Positions 28,264 to 38,410 of a stretch of 64,000 nt of DNA are shown piece by piece. A model generated the notes under the pieces. It was not told the origin of the DNA. It did no database searches and saw only the letters and a list, made by a program, of their open reading frames with translations. The position numbers were made by a program, and so were the translations under genes. The DNA lies in the NCBI GenBank assembly GCA_965541585.1, contig CBEUCH010000009.1, forward strand, positions 76,962 through 140,961, read 5' to 3'. Source of the DNA: an uncultured bacterium (GTDB taxonomy: Bacteria; Zixibacteria; MSB-5A5; UBA10806). The stretch's first letter is position 1; every line of letters starts with the position of its first letter.

Positions 28264-28667
28264 TGGGCAAAAGAAGAGACGCAAGGGAGACGGTTTTAGA
28301 AGCTCTTTATTGCTATGAGATAAGGGACGCCTCGAGCATTGATGGGATTTTCGAATATTGCAGGGAGACCCATCAGCTGGATGATGAATCCGCCGAGTTC
28401 GCAAGAAATCTCTTTACGAAAACCGTGGAGAATCTGAGTGAGCTTGACAAGAAAATAGCGGCCCACACAACGAACTGGGATCTTGATCGGCTGGCGACCA
28501 TCGATAAGAATGTACTTCGACTTGGACTGGCAGAGCTGTTTTATTTCCCTGATATCCCCAAGAAAGTTTCTATCGACGAGGCCATTGAGCTGGCCAAAAC
28601 ATACGGCACCGCCGAGTCAGGCCGGTTTGTCAACGGCGTACTCGACGCACTGATTAAGGATCTATAG
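28260..28667 (+). CDS. nusB: Transcription antitermination factor NusB
   Basis: RRDARE, W-x-[15 protein letters not shown] and FVNGVLD motifs. Follows ribH. Confidence 0.96.
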   Translation: MMGKRRDARETVLEALYCYEIRDASSIDGIFEYCRETHQLDDESAEFARNLFTKTVENLSELDKKIAAHTTNWDLDRLATIDKNVLRLGLAELFYFPDIPKKVSIDEAIELAKTYGTAESGRFVNGVLDALIKDL

Positions 28668-28834
28668 TCTATCTTATATTGACAGAATCATCCGGTTTAT
28701 AGTAGGTTAGACGCACAAAGCACCCGGGGCAGGTGCCTTTTTCAAATATGACGATTGGCCTGATCTAAATAAGGAAGAGCCGGGACGGGAAAATATGCTG
28801 AACTCAATTGACTTTTGTCGAATATAATATCAGG

Positions 28835-31444
28835 ATGAAGTTATATAAGGACAAATATTTCTTAAGCTTATCGATATCAGCAACTCTAATCAGCCTCATC
28901 ATCTACTGGATAACCAAGGCTCCGACCTTCTCTTTCTGGGATTGCGGTGAGTTCATAGCCGCATCATATATTATGGGTGTGCCTCATCCGCCAGGCTATC
29001 CTTTATATATAATTCTGGGGCGGTTTATATCTTTGCTCCCCCTTTCCCCGGATATTGCTGTTCGTGTGAATCTGCTCTCGGTGTTCGGTGCTACGGCATC
29101 GGTATTAGTGGCTTATTGGCTCATCCTGAGAGCTACCTTGGGATGGGGAGAGAATGTTCCGGGAGGTTTGAGAAAGATCGGGGCTGGTATCGGGGCTCTG
29201 GCCGGGTCTATCATAATGGGATTCTCGTACACCTTCTGGTCCAGCGCCGTGGAGGCCGAGGTTTACACCCTATCGATGTTCCTGATGCTTCTGGCAAATT
29301 ACCTGGCCTTCAAATGGGGACACGATACTCGAAGCAAAGGACGCGACCGCTCAATTCTTTTGATTTCCTATCTCATGTGGTTATCGCTTGGCATACATAT
29401 GACTACCTTTATTCTGATGCTGCCGATAGTTGCATATATGGCTTATAAGGATTACGTTGAAAGCGGATTTCGACGCTGGCCAGTATGGGCCGTGATGGCG
29501 ATATTTATCCTGTATGCCGTGCCTCTCCATGTTGAAATTCTACGACTTTTCGGCATAGACCTGACAAGATATGAACTCGAATCATTCATATTGATTTTTG
29601 TAACGGCCCTGGTTATCGCCTCACTGGTAGCCCTGATTAAGAATATAAGAAAATCCAGAAGCGCGCATGTCTGGACCCTGGCTGCAACGACCATGATCTT
29701 CGCCGCCATAGGATACTCTACCGTAGTTTATATTCCTATCAGGGCATCCCAGAATCCAGGTATCAACGAGAATAACCCATCGAACTGGAACCGCTATAAA
29801 GGCTTTCTCGAGCGCAAGCAATATGGTCAGGAATCGATGATCCGACGGATGCTGAAGAGACGGGGAAGCTGGACCAACCAACTGGTATCCGATCCCAGGT
29901 TTGGATTATGGGCGAATTTCTCTTTTCAGTATGCCTCTCCGGACACAAGGATCGCCCTCTTTGATACGAATAAACGTGGTGATGGAGGAGTCGGGACCGA
30001 ATTCAGCCTTGCGCTGCCCATGCTCTTCGTGATTATCGGCTTGTATGGAATATATGAAATCTTAAGGCGCGCACCGCCCGAGGGGATCTTCCTCTTTACG
30101 ACACTGATGATATGTACTATCGGGCTGGCAATTTATATGAATTTCTCCGATGGTTCCTATAATACCGCTATCGCCCCCGCAGCCGAGGTGCGCAACAGAG
30201 ACTATTTCTACACGCCGGGATTTATGTATTTCGCTGTGATGATCGGGATCGGTATGGTGTATCTTCTCCAATGGCTTGGCGGTAAAACCAGGTTGCCCGG
30301 CACAGTTGGGTATTTCATGCGTGCGATCTTCACGCTGGCCCTGATTACAGCAATTATACTATCGGCGCAGACGGTTCGCGCCAACTTCGAGCAAAACGAC
30401 AGGCGCGGCAATTTTCTTCCCTGGGATTACGCAAACAATATACTGAATTCATGCGATTCCGATGCAATCCTTTTTACCAACGGTGATAACGATACTTTTC
30501 CGCTATGGTGCCTGCAGGAGGTCGATAGCATCCGGACGGATGTTAGAATCGTGAACTTAAGTCTGTTGAACACTTCCTGGTATATCAATCAATTAAAAAA
30601 TCAAATGGATATCCCTATCACCCTGCGCGACGGTGAGATCGATAGTCTTCAAGCGTTCCTTCTTCCCGACCGTGAAGGTTTGTGGCGGGTACAGGATCAG
30701 ATGATCCAGCATATCGTGACCAATATCCAAAGGGACGGCTGGAAAGTACCCGTTTATTTTGCCATTACGGTTCCTTCCCGGAACAGGCTCGGTCTGGACG
30801 ATCACCTGGTCATGGAGGGAATGACTTATCGCATAACCGAATCGTCCGGCGTTAACCGCGTGGATACCGGTATCGGGTATAAGATTTTTGCGGCAGCGGA
30901 ACACTTCAGGGGTATAGACGATCCCTCCGTGGGGAAAGATGAAAATGATCGGCGGATGGTTGTAAACTATATCGTGGCGATGCTGCAGGTGGCAGACGCA
31001 TACCAGAAGGAGGGCCATATAGATTCGGCAACCTATATAGCCGAGATGGCTGTTGAATTACAAGCCCAGATCAATTTCTGGCAGGCCAAGGCGTATCTTG
31101 CCATAATATATGCCGCAGACCGCAGGTTTGACAAAGTAGCAGATCTTGCCCGGGACTCTTCCGAAGGTGAGAAGATTTTCCTGGCTGCCTCGCAGGACCT
31201 TATCAAGAATTCAGAGTATTCTGCTGCTGCCGGGCTGCTGGAGCTAACCTTGAGGGAATACCCTTCGTCGTTCACGGCCCTTAACAACCTGGCCGCTATA
31301 TACTACCAGAACGGCGATACTGTCGCGATCGATACCCTGATAGCGAAATTTCGTGCGGATAACATAAATGATCTTAACCTGTTAATGACGCTGGATCAAT
31401 TGGCTGATCGGCTGAATAAGCTTCCGCCATTGCTTAAGAGGTAG
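28835..31444 (+). CDS. DUF2723 / TMEM260-like GT-C glycosyltransferase with C-terminal TPR
   Basis: FWDCGEF, HPPGYPLY, AVEAEVY, EVRNRDYFY, FTNGDNDTFPLW and RTDVRIVNLSLL motifs, with many TM helices. Confidence 0.9.
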   Translation: MKLYKDKYFLSLSISATLISLIIYWITKAPTFSFWDCGEFIAASYIMGVPHPPGYPLYIILGRFISLLPLSPDIAVRVNLLSVFGATASVLVAYWLILRATLGWGENVPGGLRKIGAGIGALAGSIIMGFSYTFWSSAVEAEVYTLSMFLMLLANYLAFKWGHDTRSKGRDRSILLISYLMWLSLGIHMTTFILMLPIVAYMAYKDYVESGFRRWPVWAVMAIFILYAVPLHVEILRLFGIDLTRYELESFILIFVTALVIASLVALIKNIRKSRSAHVWTLAATTMIFAAIGYSTVVYIPIRASQNPGINENNPSNWNRYKGFLERKQYGQESMIRRMLKRRGSWTNQLVSDPRFGLWANFSFQYASPDTRIALFDTNKRGDGGVGTEFSLALPMLFVIIGLYGIYEILRRAPPEGIFLFTTLMICTIGLAIYMNFSDGSYNTAIAPAAEVRNRDYFYTPGFMYFAVMIGIGMVYLLQWLGGKTRLPGTVGYFMRAIFTLALITAIILSAQTVRANFEQNDRRGNFLPWDYANNILNSCDSDAILFTNGDNDTFPLWCLQEVDSIRTDVRIVNLSLLNTSWYINQLKNQMDIPITLRDGEIDSLQAFLLPDREGLWRVQDQMIQHIVTNIQRDGWKVPVYFAITVPSRNRLGLDDHLVMEGMTYRITESSGVNRVDTGIGYKIFAAAEHFRGIDDPSVGKDENDRRMVVNYIVAMLQVADAYQKEGHIDSATYIAEMAVELQAQINFWQAKAYLAIIYAADRRFDKVADLARDSSEGEKIFLAASQDLIKNSEYSAAAGLLELTLREYPSSFTALNNLAAIYYQNGDTVAIDTLIAKFRADNINDLNLLMTLDQLADRLNKLPPLLKR

Positions 31445-31446
31445 AT

Positions 31447-32559
31447 TTGAGAATACTGGCGTTAAACTGGCAGGATTTGAAGAACCCTCAGTCCGGGGGA
31501 GCCGAGGTTCACTTAGAGGAGATCTTAAAAAGGCTGGTTCGATCGGGACACCAGGTTGATCTCTTATGCAGCAATTATCCGGGCGGGTCGAAAACAGACG
31601 TTACCTCCGGCATAAAAATCAATCGACACGGGTCACGCTATAATTTCAACTGGGTTGCTCCCTTCGTCATGAGAAAGCTCATAAAAGCGAATAGATATGA
31701 TGTGGTCGTGGAAGATATCAATAAAATCCCGTTCTATTCGCCTGTTTATCAAAAGCTGCCCACGCTCATCGTCATCCCGCATCTTTTCGCAGACGCCGTT
31801 TTCAAGGAGATCAATTTTCTTCTGGGCACTTATATATATTTATCAGAGAAACTGGTCGCCAGAGTTTACAGGAAGAATAGTTTCATGGTGATCTCTAATT
31901 CTACTGCCGCAGAACTGGAGAAGCGCGGCGTGCCCCGTGAGAGTATCCACGTGGTTGAATGCGGTGTCGACAAAGAGGTCTATCGATTCGACCCGGAGGT
32001 GCACAAATTCGAGGTTCCGACCCTCCTGTATGTTGGCCGGTTGAAGAAATATAAGTCGGTGGAGACGGTGATCGAGGCAATGCCCGCGATACGCGGTTCA
32101 GTTCCCGCGGCCCGGCTGATCGTCATAGGCGCCGGCGATCACAGGTCGATCCTCGAGCATCGAGTCTCGGCTCTCGGTTTACGGGATGCCGTCGAGTTCA
32201 AGGGATACATTCCGGAAACGGAGAAGGTGTCGTATCTCCGGCGCGCTCACATTTCCGTGTATCCATCCTTGAAGGAAGGCTGGGGATTGACCAATATTGA
32301 GGCCAATGCCTGCGGGACGGCGGTTCTCGCTGCCAGGGTACCGGGCCTTCAGGATTCTGTTGATGAAGGAAATTCCGGGCTACTTTTTGAATATGGCGAT
32401 GTCGGTCAAATCTCCGAACTGGCGATTAAGTTACTCACCGATGAAGCACATAGAAGGGCTATCGAAATGGGAGGGCTTCGCTGGGCTGCCAACTTTTCCT
32501 GGGATAAGGCTGCCCGGGATACAGAGGAAATCCTGAGAAGGATCGCTGTAGAACGGTGA
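31447..32559 (+). CDS. Glycosyltransferase family 4
   Basis: GGAE, VGRL-x-x-x-K and EGWGL-x-x-IEA (ExF/WGx3E) motifs. Confidence 0.92.
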   Translation: MRILALNWQDLKNPQSGGAEVHLEEILKRLVRSGHQVDLLCSNYPGGSKTDVTSGIKINRHGSRYNFNWVAPFVMRKLIKANRYDVVVEDINKIPFYSPVYQKLPTLIVIPHLFADAVFKEINFLLGTYIYLSEKLVARVYRKNSFMVISNSTAAELEKRGVPRESIHVVECGVDKEVYRFDPEVHKFEVPTLLYVGRLKKYKSVETVIEAMPAIRGSVPAARLIVIGAGDHRSILEHRVSALGLRDAVEFKGYIPETEKVSYLRRAHISVYPSLKEGWGLTNIEANACGTAVLAARVPGLQDSVDEGNSGLLFEYGDVGQISELAIKLLTDEAHRRAIEMGGLRWAANFSWDKAARDTEEILRRIAVER

Positions 32560-33656
32560 AAAAGCGGATCAACGTTATAATCGGCATTCTAATCAGTGCG
32601 GTATTCGTCTATCTTGCCTTCAGAAGGGTCGAGCTCACGGAGGTTATGTATTCTGTTCGGCATGTCAATTACCTCTGGGTGATTCCCAACGCGGTTTCAG
32701 TCGTGTTGATGATGGTAATTCGTGCCGAGAGATGGAGGCATATTCTCAAGCCGATACGTAAATATGAAATGAAGCAACTATTCCCGCCGGTCATGATCGG
32801 TTTTATGGCGAACAACGTTCTCCCCATTCGATTGGGCGAGGTTGTCAGAGCGTATTCCCTGGGAGCGAAAACAGGCGAATCGAAATCATCCATATTCGCA
32901 ACCGTAGTAATAGAGCGCATTTTCGACAGCCTCTCGTTGATGGTCTTGTTCTGGCTGGTGATTCTTTTTATTCCGCTTCCAGACATCGTGAGGAAATTGG
33001 GAATCGCTACGCTCATACTCAACCTGGTGCTCATAGCCTTTTTAATCATCCTCAAGAAGAAGGGTAAATCGCTGGTCGGTTGGATAACCGGTCATGCTCA
33101 GTTTTTGCCGTCTGGCCTGGCAGAAAAAATCGATCATATATTTCGCAAGTTCGCAGAGGGCTTGAACATAGTCGAGAAGTACAAGTCGCTGGGATTCATA
33201 GCGGCCTGGTCGTTATTTCTCTGGGTGGCGACCGGTCTTTCGAATTATTTCGTATTCATGGCTTTCGGATTCTATCCCGATATTGCGGCTTCGTTTATCC
33301 TTCTTCTCCTTGTGGCTGCCGGAGTCATGCTGCCATCAGCCCCGGGTTTCGTTGGAGTCTTCCAGGCGGCTGTCATAGGTGCATTTGCGCTGTTGAACAA
33401 CCTGAATATGATCGGCTATCAGTTGACACTGGAGAAAATCCAGATGATGTCTCTGACCGTACCTGCATTCTTGGAAGCTCCCATTCCGGCCTTCGGGTCC
33501 TATTGCGGGACGCTTGGCCTGTTCGGAATATCTAAAGGGGAGGCTCTTTCTTTTTCGATAATCTTATGGCTTTGCCAGTATATACCGGTTACACTGATCG
33601 GCCTGTATTATCTTAAGCGCCAGCATCTATCGCTAAGGATATCAAATGATGGATGA
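32556..33656 (+). CDS. Lysylphosphatidylglycerol-synthase-TM / AglD2-like flippase family membrane protein
   Basis: RAERW, GFMANNVLP-x-RLGE-x-x-R, ERIFD and LPSAPG-x-VG motifs. Confidence 0.87.
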   Translation: MKKRINVIIGILISAVFVYLAFRRVELTEVMYSVRHVNYLWVIPNAVSVVLMMVIRAERWRHILKPIRKYEMKQLFPPVMIGFMANNVLPIRLGEVVRAYSLGAKTGESKSSIFATVVIERIFDSLSLMVLFWLVILFIPLPDIVRKLGIATLILNLVLIAFLIILKKKGKSLVGWITGHAQFLPSGLAEKIDHIFRKFAEGLNIVEKYKSLGFIAAWSLFLWVATGLSNYFVFMAFGFYPDIAASFILLLLVAAGVMLPSAPGFVGVFQAAVIGAFALLNNLNMIGYQLTLEKIQMMSLTVPAFLEAPIPAFGSYCGTLGLFGISKGEALSFSIILWLCQYIPVTLIGLYYLKRQHLSLRISNDG

Positions 33657-33873
33657 AAAAAGAAGCTCATGCAGCGGATCGAAGCAATATGGGCGGCCAT
33701 TGAAAACAGCGGCATCGATAAATGTTTATTATGGTTTATTCGGTTCTGCCATGATCCGGATTACGTCTTGTGCGAATTAGACGATAATGCTATTATGGAA
33801 TAGATGAAGAACTGAAAGCCAGAGATCCGGAAGGAAGGACTATTGCAAAATCTAAATCAGGCGGTCTTGAATT

Positions 33874-35109
33874 ATGAAGAGCGAAGATAAGCTTTATGGC
33901 AGAAGAAGGGTGAAGAAACAAAGACCGATCGTTACCCCCAAAGAGATTGAGGAAACGCCGGTCGGCGATGCCCCTTCACCTGCTGAGAAGGATAAAGTCC
34001 CATCCATCGAGTCACCTGCGGCGGGCGAGACGACCCGCTCCGACGGTGTGGCGGGGCCAGCGAGAAAACAAGCGCTAATGCCGCGAAGGGAACCATCGCC
34101 CAGGAGACAACCCTCGAGACCTCAACCGCGGCGAGATTACAGACGGGATCAGAATTCTCCGAGGGCAAAAGAGGCGGGATCAAGAAAAAAACCGTACAGC
34201 AAACCTCGCATACGAGTGAGTATCGTTATCCCCGCTTACGACGAACAGGATAACATAAAACCTCTTCTGGAACAATTCGACGAGGTCATAAGGAGATCAG
34301 GGAAGGACTGGGAAGTTATCCTGGTCAATGATGGCTCTACGGATAAGACGGCGGAAAGGGCCAGGGACGCTTCTTTCAGGTACCGCTGGCTTAATGTTGT
34401 TAGCCATTCCAGGAATAGGGGATTGACTGCCGCTCTATACACCGGATTCAAAGCCGCTAAAGGCACTATATTTGTCTTCTACCCGTCTGATATGCAATAT
34501 CATGCCCAGGATATACCCAGGATGATTGCAAGAATTGACCGCGGCGCGGACCTGGTGACAGGCTGGAAACAAGGAAAATATCGAAAGCGGATTGTATCCT
34601 ATATTTATAACAAACTCTGCCGGGTCCTCTTTGGCCTTAAGGTGCATGATTTGAATTCGGTTAAAGCATTCAAAAAAGAGGTGGTGAATGATCTCTCTCT
34701 ACGGAGAGACTGGCACCGGTATATGGTCGTTATGGCCGCCGAGGCCGGCTTCGTAATAGAAGAGGCAAAGGTCACGCTCTACCCGCGTAAATATGGGAAA
34801 AGCAAATTCGGGTCGGCCAGAATCCTGGGCGGGCTTCTGGATCTTTTCTCGGTGAAGTTTCAGATTTCCTTTATGAAAAGACCGCTAAGGTTTTTCGGCA
34901 CCTGGGGTTTCGTCTTCGGGTTTGCCGGACTTGTTACAGGCCTGGTGGCTGTGTATCTCCGGTTTTTCACCACTCATGGCTCGAGGACATTATTATACCT
35001 GGTTATCCTCCTGACCCTGTCGGGCCTGATGCTTTTTGCCATCGGCTTTCTGGCCGAGGTGATGGTCGGTTTAAGGGACGAGATTGAGTCGTTGAAATCG
35101 AAAAAGTAA
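33874..35109 (+). CDS. GT2 polyprenol-phosphate glycosyltransferase (GtrB/ArnC-like) with long basic N-terminal extension
   Basis: IVIPAYDE, VNDGSTD, RNRG and R-x-YGKSKF motifs, plus two C-terminal TM helices. Confidence 0.85.
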   Translation: MKSEDKLYGRRRVKKQRPIVTPKEIEETPVGDAPSPAEKDKVPSIESPAAGETTRSDGVAGPARKQALMPRREPSPRRQPSRPQPRRDYRRDQNSPRAKEAGSRKKPYSKPRIRVSIVIPAYDEQDNIKPLLEQFDEVIRRSGKDWEVILVNDGSTDKTAERARDASFRYRWLNVVSHSRNRGLTAALYTGFKAAKGTIFVFYPSDMQYHAQDIPRMIARIDRGADLVTGWKQGKYRKRIVSYIYNKLCRVLFGLKVHDLNSVKAFKKEVVNDLSLRRDWHRYMVVMAAEAGFVIEEAKVTLYPRKYGKSKFGSARILGGLLDLFSVKFQISFMKRPLRFFGTWGFVFGFAGLVTGLVAVYLRFFTTHGSRTLLYLVILLTLSGLMLFAIGFLAEVMVGLRDEIESLKSKK

Positions 35110-35137
35110 ACCTCCTATGGAATACCCCTGATAGAAG

Positions 35138-37522
35138 ATGAACGCCAGAGACATAATCAGACGATATTGGCCATATTTTTATTTTGTGCTTCTTACCGTC
35201 GCAGTATTCGCTGAATTTATATTTTCCGATAAGATGCTCTTTGGTTCCGATACAGTCGAGGCCGGATTATTTTTCCGCGGATTTTATGCCGAATTCGTAA
35301 AATCCTATCACAGGATTCCGTTATGGAATCCTTATATCTTCGGGGGTCTGCCCTTCGTAGATGCCATGCACGGTGATACGTTTTATCCGCTGGCGATTTT
35401 ACAGTTCATAATGCCTCTGCACAAGGCCCTGGGTTATAAGCTCGTTCTGGCAGTCCTGATGGCAGGCATTTTTGCCTACCTTTACTTAAGAGAAATGAAA
35501 ATGTCCGTCTGGGCCGCAGTCTTCGGGGCTACCGCATACATGATATCGGGATTCATGGTATCGCTGGTTTATGCGGGCCACGACGGCAGGATGTACGTCA
35601 GCGGCATACTGCCACTGCTTCTATATACTCTGGAGATAGGTTTCCGGCGACGGCGGTTTCTTTGGTGGTGGCCATTTTCGGCGGCTTTCGGGCTTTTGAT
35701 TCTGGCCAATCACCCTCAGTTCTCCTACTTTGCCATGTGGTGTGTGGGCGCCTATTTCGTTCTTAAACTCGTTTTCTTATACCGCGAGTCCGGGAAAATC
35801 AGTTCAGTATTAATCCCCGGCTTTGGATTCATCGCTTCCATGCTTTTTGGCATTGCATTGGGCCTGATTCAGATCTGGCCGGCGCAGGATTACGTCCGCA
35901 AATATTCGCCCCGCTCAGGTGAGGGCAGAGGTTACCAGTATTCTGCCTCATGGTCGCTGCATGCCGAGGAGGCCATCTCCCAGGTGGTTCCCGGGTTTGC
36001 CGGGTTAAGCAATCTGCAGAATCATCCGCCGCTAACCCGTGAACATACTTACTGGGGAAAAAACTATTTCAAAATCAACAGCGAATACGCCGGCATGGTG
36101 GCACTGTTTTTGGGACTGGCCGGTCTGTTCCTCTACAAAGATAGATATTCATATTTCTTTCTGGGGACAGCCATTTTCGCGCTGCTATACGCGCTCGGCG
36201 ATTCGGGTTTGATATTCAGACTTTTCTATCATGTCGTGCCTTTCGTCAAGCAATTCCGAGCGCCTTCCACCATAATGTTCTTATTCAGTTTTTCTATTGC
36301 ATATCTGGCAGCAAGAACCATTGATACACTTCAAAAGACGAAGAAAACTCCTCGTGCCGCTAAGATCTTTCGCTGGCTTTTAATCCTTGCGGGAGTCTAC
36401 CTTCTTTCGGGCCTGATTTTCATCCGGGCAGGATCGGGAATTATGAAGATTTACACATCGATATTCTATTCGAATATGGAGACCGGTCAGTGGAATAGCC
36501 TGCAGGCCAATCTATCGAATATCTCGTCAGGATTGATCATTGGCGCCCTGCTTATCGGGGCCGTAGCGGTGACCTTCTGGGCATCTCTTAGAAAAAAAGT
36601 TCATTTCGGAGTTATGGCCTCGGCTTTGCTGGTCCTGGTGATGATAGATAGCTGGATCATGGAGGATATGAAATTTATCAGGTCAGTTGACCACAAACCC
36701 TATTTTGCCACGCCGGCCGGGATACCGTTCTTGCAGGAGCAAGATGGGCCTTTCAGATCATTTGTGCTACCCGGCACAATGCCCAATCAGAACAGCCTGG
36801 CGATGTTCGGTCTCCAACAGGTGGCCGGGTATCATGGCAATCAGCTTCGATGGTATAACCAATTTCTCGGCGATAGATTCGCGAATCTTCTCGGGAATCC
36901 TTCCGGGCTGGCCCTGGCAAATACCAGGTATATTATGATACGACAGGAGGTAAACCATCCCAATCTGGAGAAGGTGAATAGCGTCGGTGGAATCAATATC
37001 TATCAGAATAATTTCGTTATCCCTCGCGCCAGAATCGTGTATGACTACATTGTGGTTCCCGATCCGGATTCAGCTCTATCTCTAATCCTCGAGCCGGATT
37101 TTGATGTTGTCAAAAGAATTGTCATCGACCGACGGCCCTCAGGCGAAATCAAGGCCCCGGATTCGACACAGGATGATTTCGTACAGATTCTCGATTCACC
37201 ACCCGATCGCATAAGGGTCAAAGCGCATCTCTCGGTACCCGGTTTCCTGGCGCTTCAGGATAACTGGTATCCATACTGGAAGGCATTTGAGGGCGATATC
37301 GAATATCCTGTTTATAGATCGGATTTCACCTTTATGGCCGTCGAGCTTCCCGCCGGAGAGCATTTATTGGAGTTCAGAGTTGAAAATCCTAATTACATAT
37401 ATGCCAGGATGGTGTCTGAGATCTCCTGGATTATATTGATTATCGGTATTACAGCGGGTCTTATATCAAAATCCGTTCGTCGGCGGAGGGGAGATTCGAA
37501 ACCGGCTCCTTCCGGCAAATAA
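35138..37522 (+). CDS. YfhO-family GT-C membrane protein
   Basis: PLWNPYIFGG-x-PF, HPQ, FRAP, multi-TM core and C-terminal WYP-x-WKA..ELPAGEH soluble domain. Confidence 0.85.
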   Translation: MNARDIIRRYWPYFYFVLLTVAVFAEFIFSDKMLFGSDTVEAGLFFRGFYAEFVKSYHRIPLWNPYIFGGLPFVDAMHGDTFYPLAILQFIMPLHKALGYKLVLAVLMAGIFAYLYLREMKMSVWAAVFGATAYMISGFMVSLVYAGHDGRMYVSGILPLLLYTLEIGFRRRRFLWWWPFSAAFGLLILANHPQFSYFAMWCVGAYFVLKLVFLYRESGKISSVLIPGFGFIASMLFGIALGLIQIWPAQDYVRKYSPRSGEGRGYQYSASWSLHAEEAISQVVPGFAGLSNLQNHPPLTREHTYWGKNYFKINSEYAGMVALFLGLAGLFLYKDRYSYFFLGTAIFALLYALGDSGLIFRLFYHVVPFVKQFRAPSTIMFLFSFSIAYLAARTIDTLQKTKKTPRAAKIFRWLLILAGVYLLSGLIFIRAGSGIMKIYTSIFYSNMETGQWNSLQANLSNISSGLIIGALLIGAVAVTFWASLRKKVHFGVMASALLVLVMIDSWIMEDMKFIRSVDHKPYFATPAGIPFLQEQDGPFRSFVLPGTMPNQNSLAMFGLQQVAGYHGNQLRWYNQFLGDRFANLLGNPSGLALANTRYIMIRQEVNHPNLEKVNSVGGINIYQNNFVIPRARIVYDYIVVPDPDSALSLILEPDFDVVKRIVIDRRPSGEIKAPDSTQDDFVQILDSPPDRIRVKAHLSVPGFLALQDNWYPYWKAFEGDIEYPVYRSDFTFMAVELPAGEHLLEFRVENPNYIYARMVSEISWIILIIGITAGLISKSVRRRRGDSKPAPSGK

Positions 37523-37546
37523 GCCGGTCAGAATGGTATTTCGAGG

Positions 37547-38410
37547 ATGCCTTTTCGATATCAGATTAGCAACATAATTGTAAGCTATAACTGCCTCGAA
37601 TCATTAAAGACCTGCGTCGCATCGCTGGAGGATCAAAAGGGCGTGGAATCGGAGATGATTGTCATTGATAACGGCTCGAACGATGACACCGACGCTTTTT
37701 TGAAAGAACAAGAATTCAGGACGATATTGTCTCAAAAAAATCTAGGTTATGGCGCGGCGGTTAACCAGGCTGCAAAGAATGCTGAAGGCAAGTATCTTTT
37801 CATTTTGAATCCCGATACTGAATTGCCTCCGACTGCACTCGATACAATATACAGGTATGCTGAAGATAATCCCGATGTTGGTCTCGTGTCCCCCTGTTTG
37901 CGTTATCCGGACGGCCGTTTACAATTATCGGCGCGCAAATCTCCGAGACGTCGAGATTTCCTTCTGGGGCGAGGTTCCCCGCCATTTCTGCTCGGCCTGA
38001 CGGGGGAGAAGGAGGCCGGCTATATAGCCCTCGATGGTGACGAACCCGTGGATGTTCCGGCAGTATCGGCCACCGCCCTTTTCGTAAGATCCGAGTTGTT
38101 CCAGAAAATCGGGGGGTTCGATGAACGATTCTTTTTATATCTGGAGGATCTCGATCTCTGCCGCAGGGTCGGGAATATGGGATTCAAAGTAGTTCTTCTG
38201 CCGTCAGTGAAGGTGTTACATTCATGGCGAAAATCTTCCGGCAAGCGACCGTATTTCTCGTCCTTCCATCACCATATTTCAGTTTTCAAATATTTCAGAA
38301 AGCACTACCCGGATCAGTGGCTGTCTAACCTTATGCTTCTTTCCGCCCTGGTTGCGGGCTTGGTAATAAGCTCCTTCATAATAACCCTCAGCAGGAGGAA
38401 GCGGAAGTGA
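37547..38410 (+). CDS. GT2 glycosyltransferase (WbbL-like)
   Basis: IVSYN, IDNGSND, NLGYG-x-AVN, LNPD and GGFDERFFLYLEDLDLC motifs. Confidence 0.9.
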   Translation: MPFRYQISNIIVSYNCLESLKTCVASLEDQKGVESEMIVIDNGSNDDTDAFLKEQEFRTILSQKNLGYGAAVNQAAKNAEGKYLFILNPDTELPPTALDTIYRYAEDNPDVGLVSPCLRYPDGRLQLSARKSPRRRDFLLGRGSPPFLLGLTGEKEAGYIALDGDEPVDVPAVSATALFVRSELFQKIGGFDERFFLYLEDLDLCRRVGNMGFKVVLLPSVKVLHSWRKSSGKRPYFSSFHHHISVFKYFRKHYPDQWLSNLMLLSALVAGLVISSFIITLSRRKRK

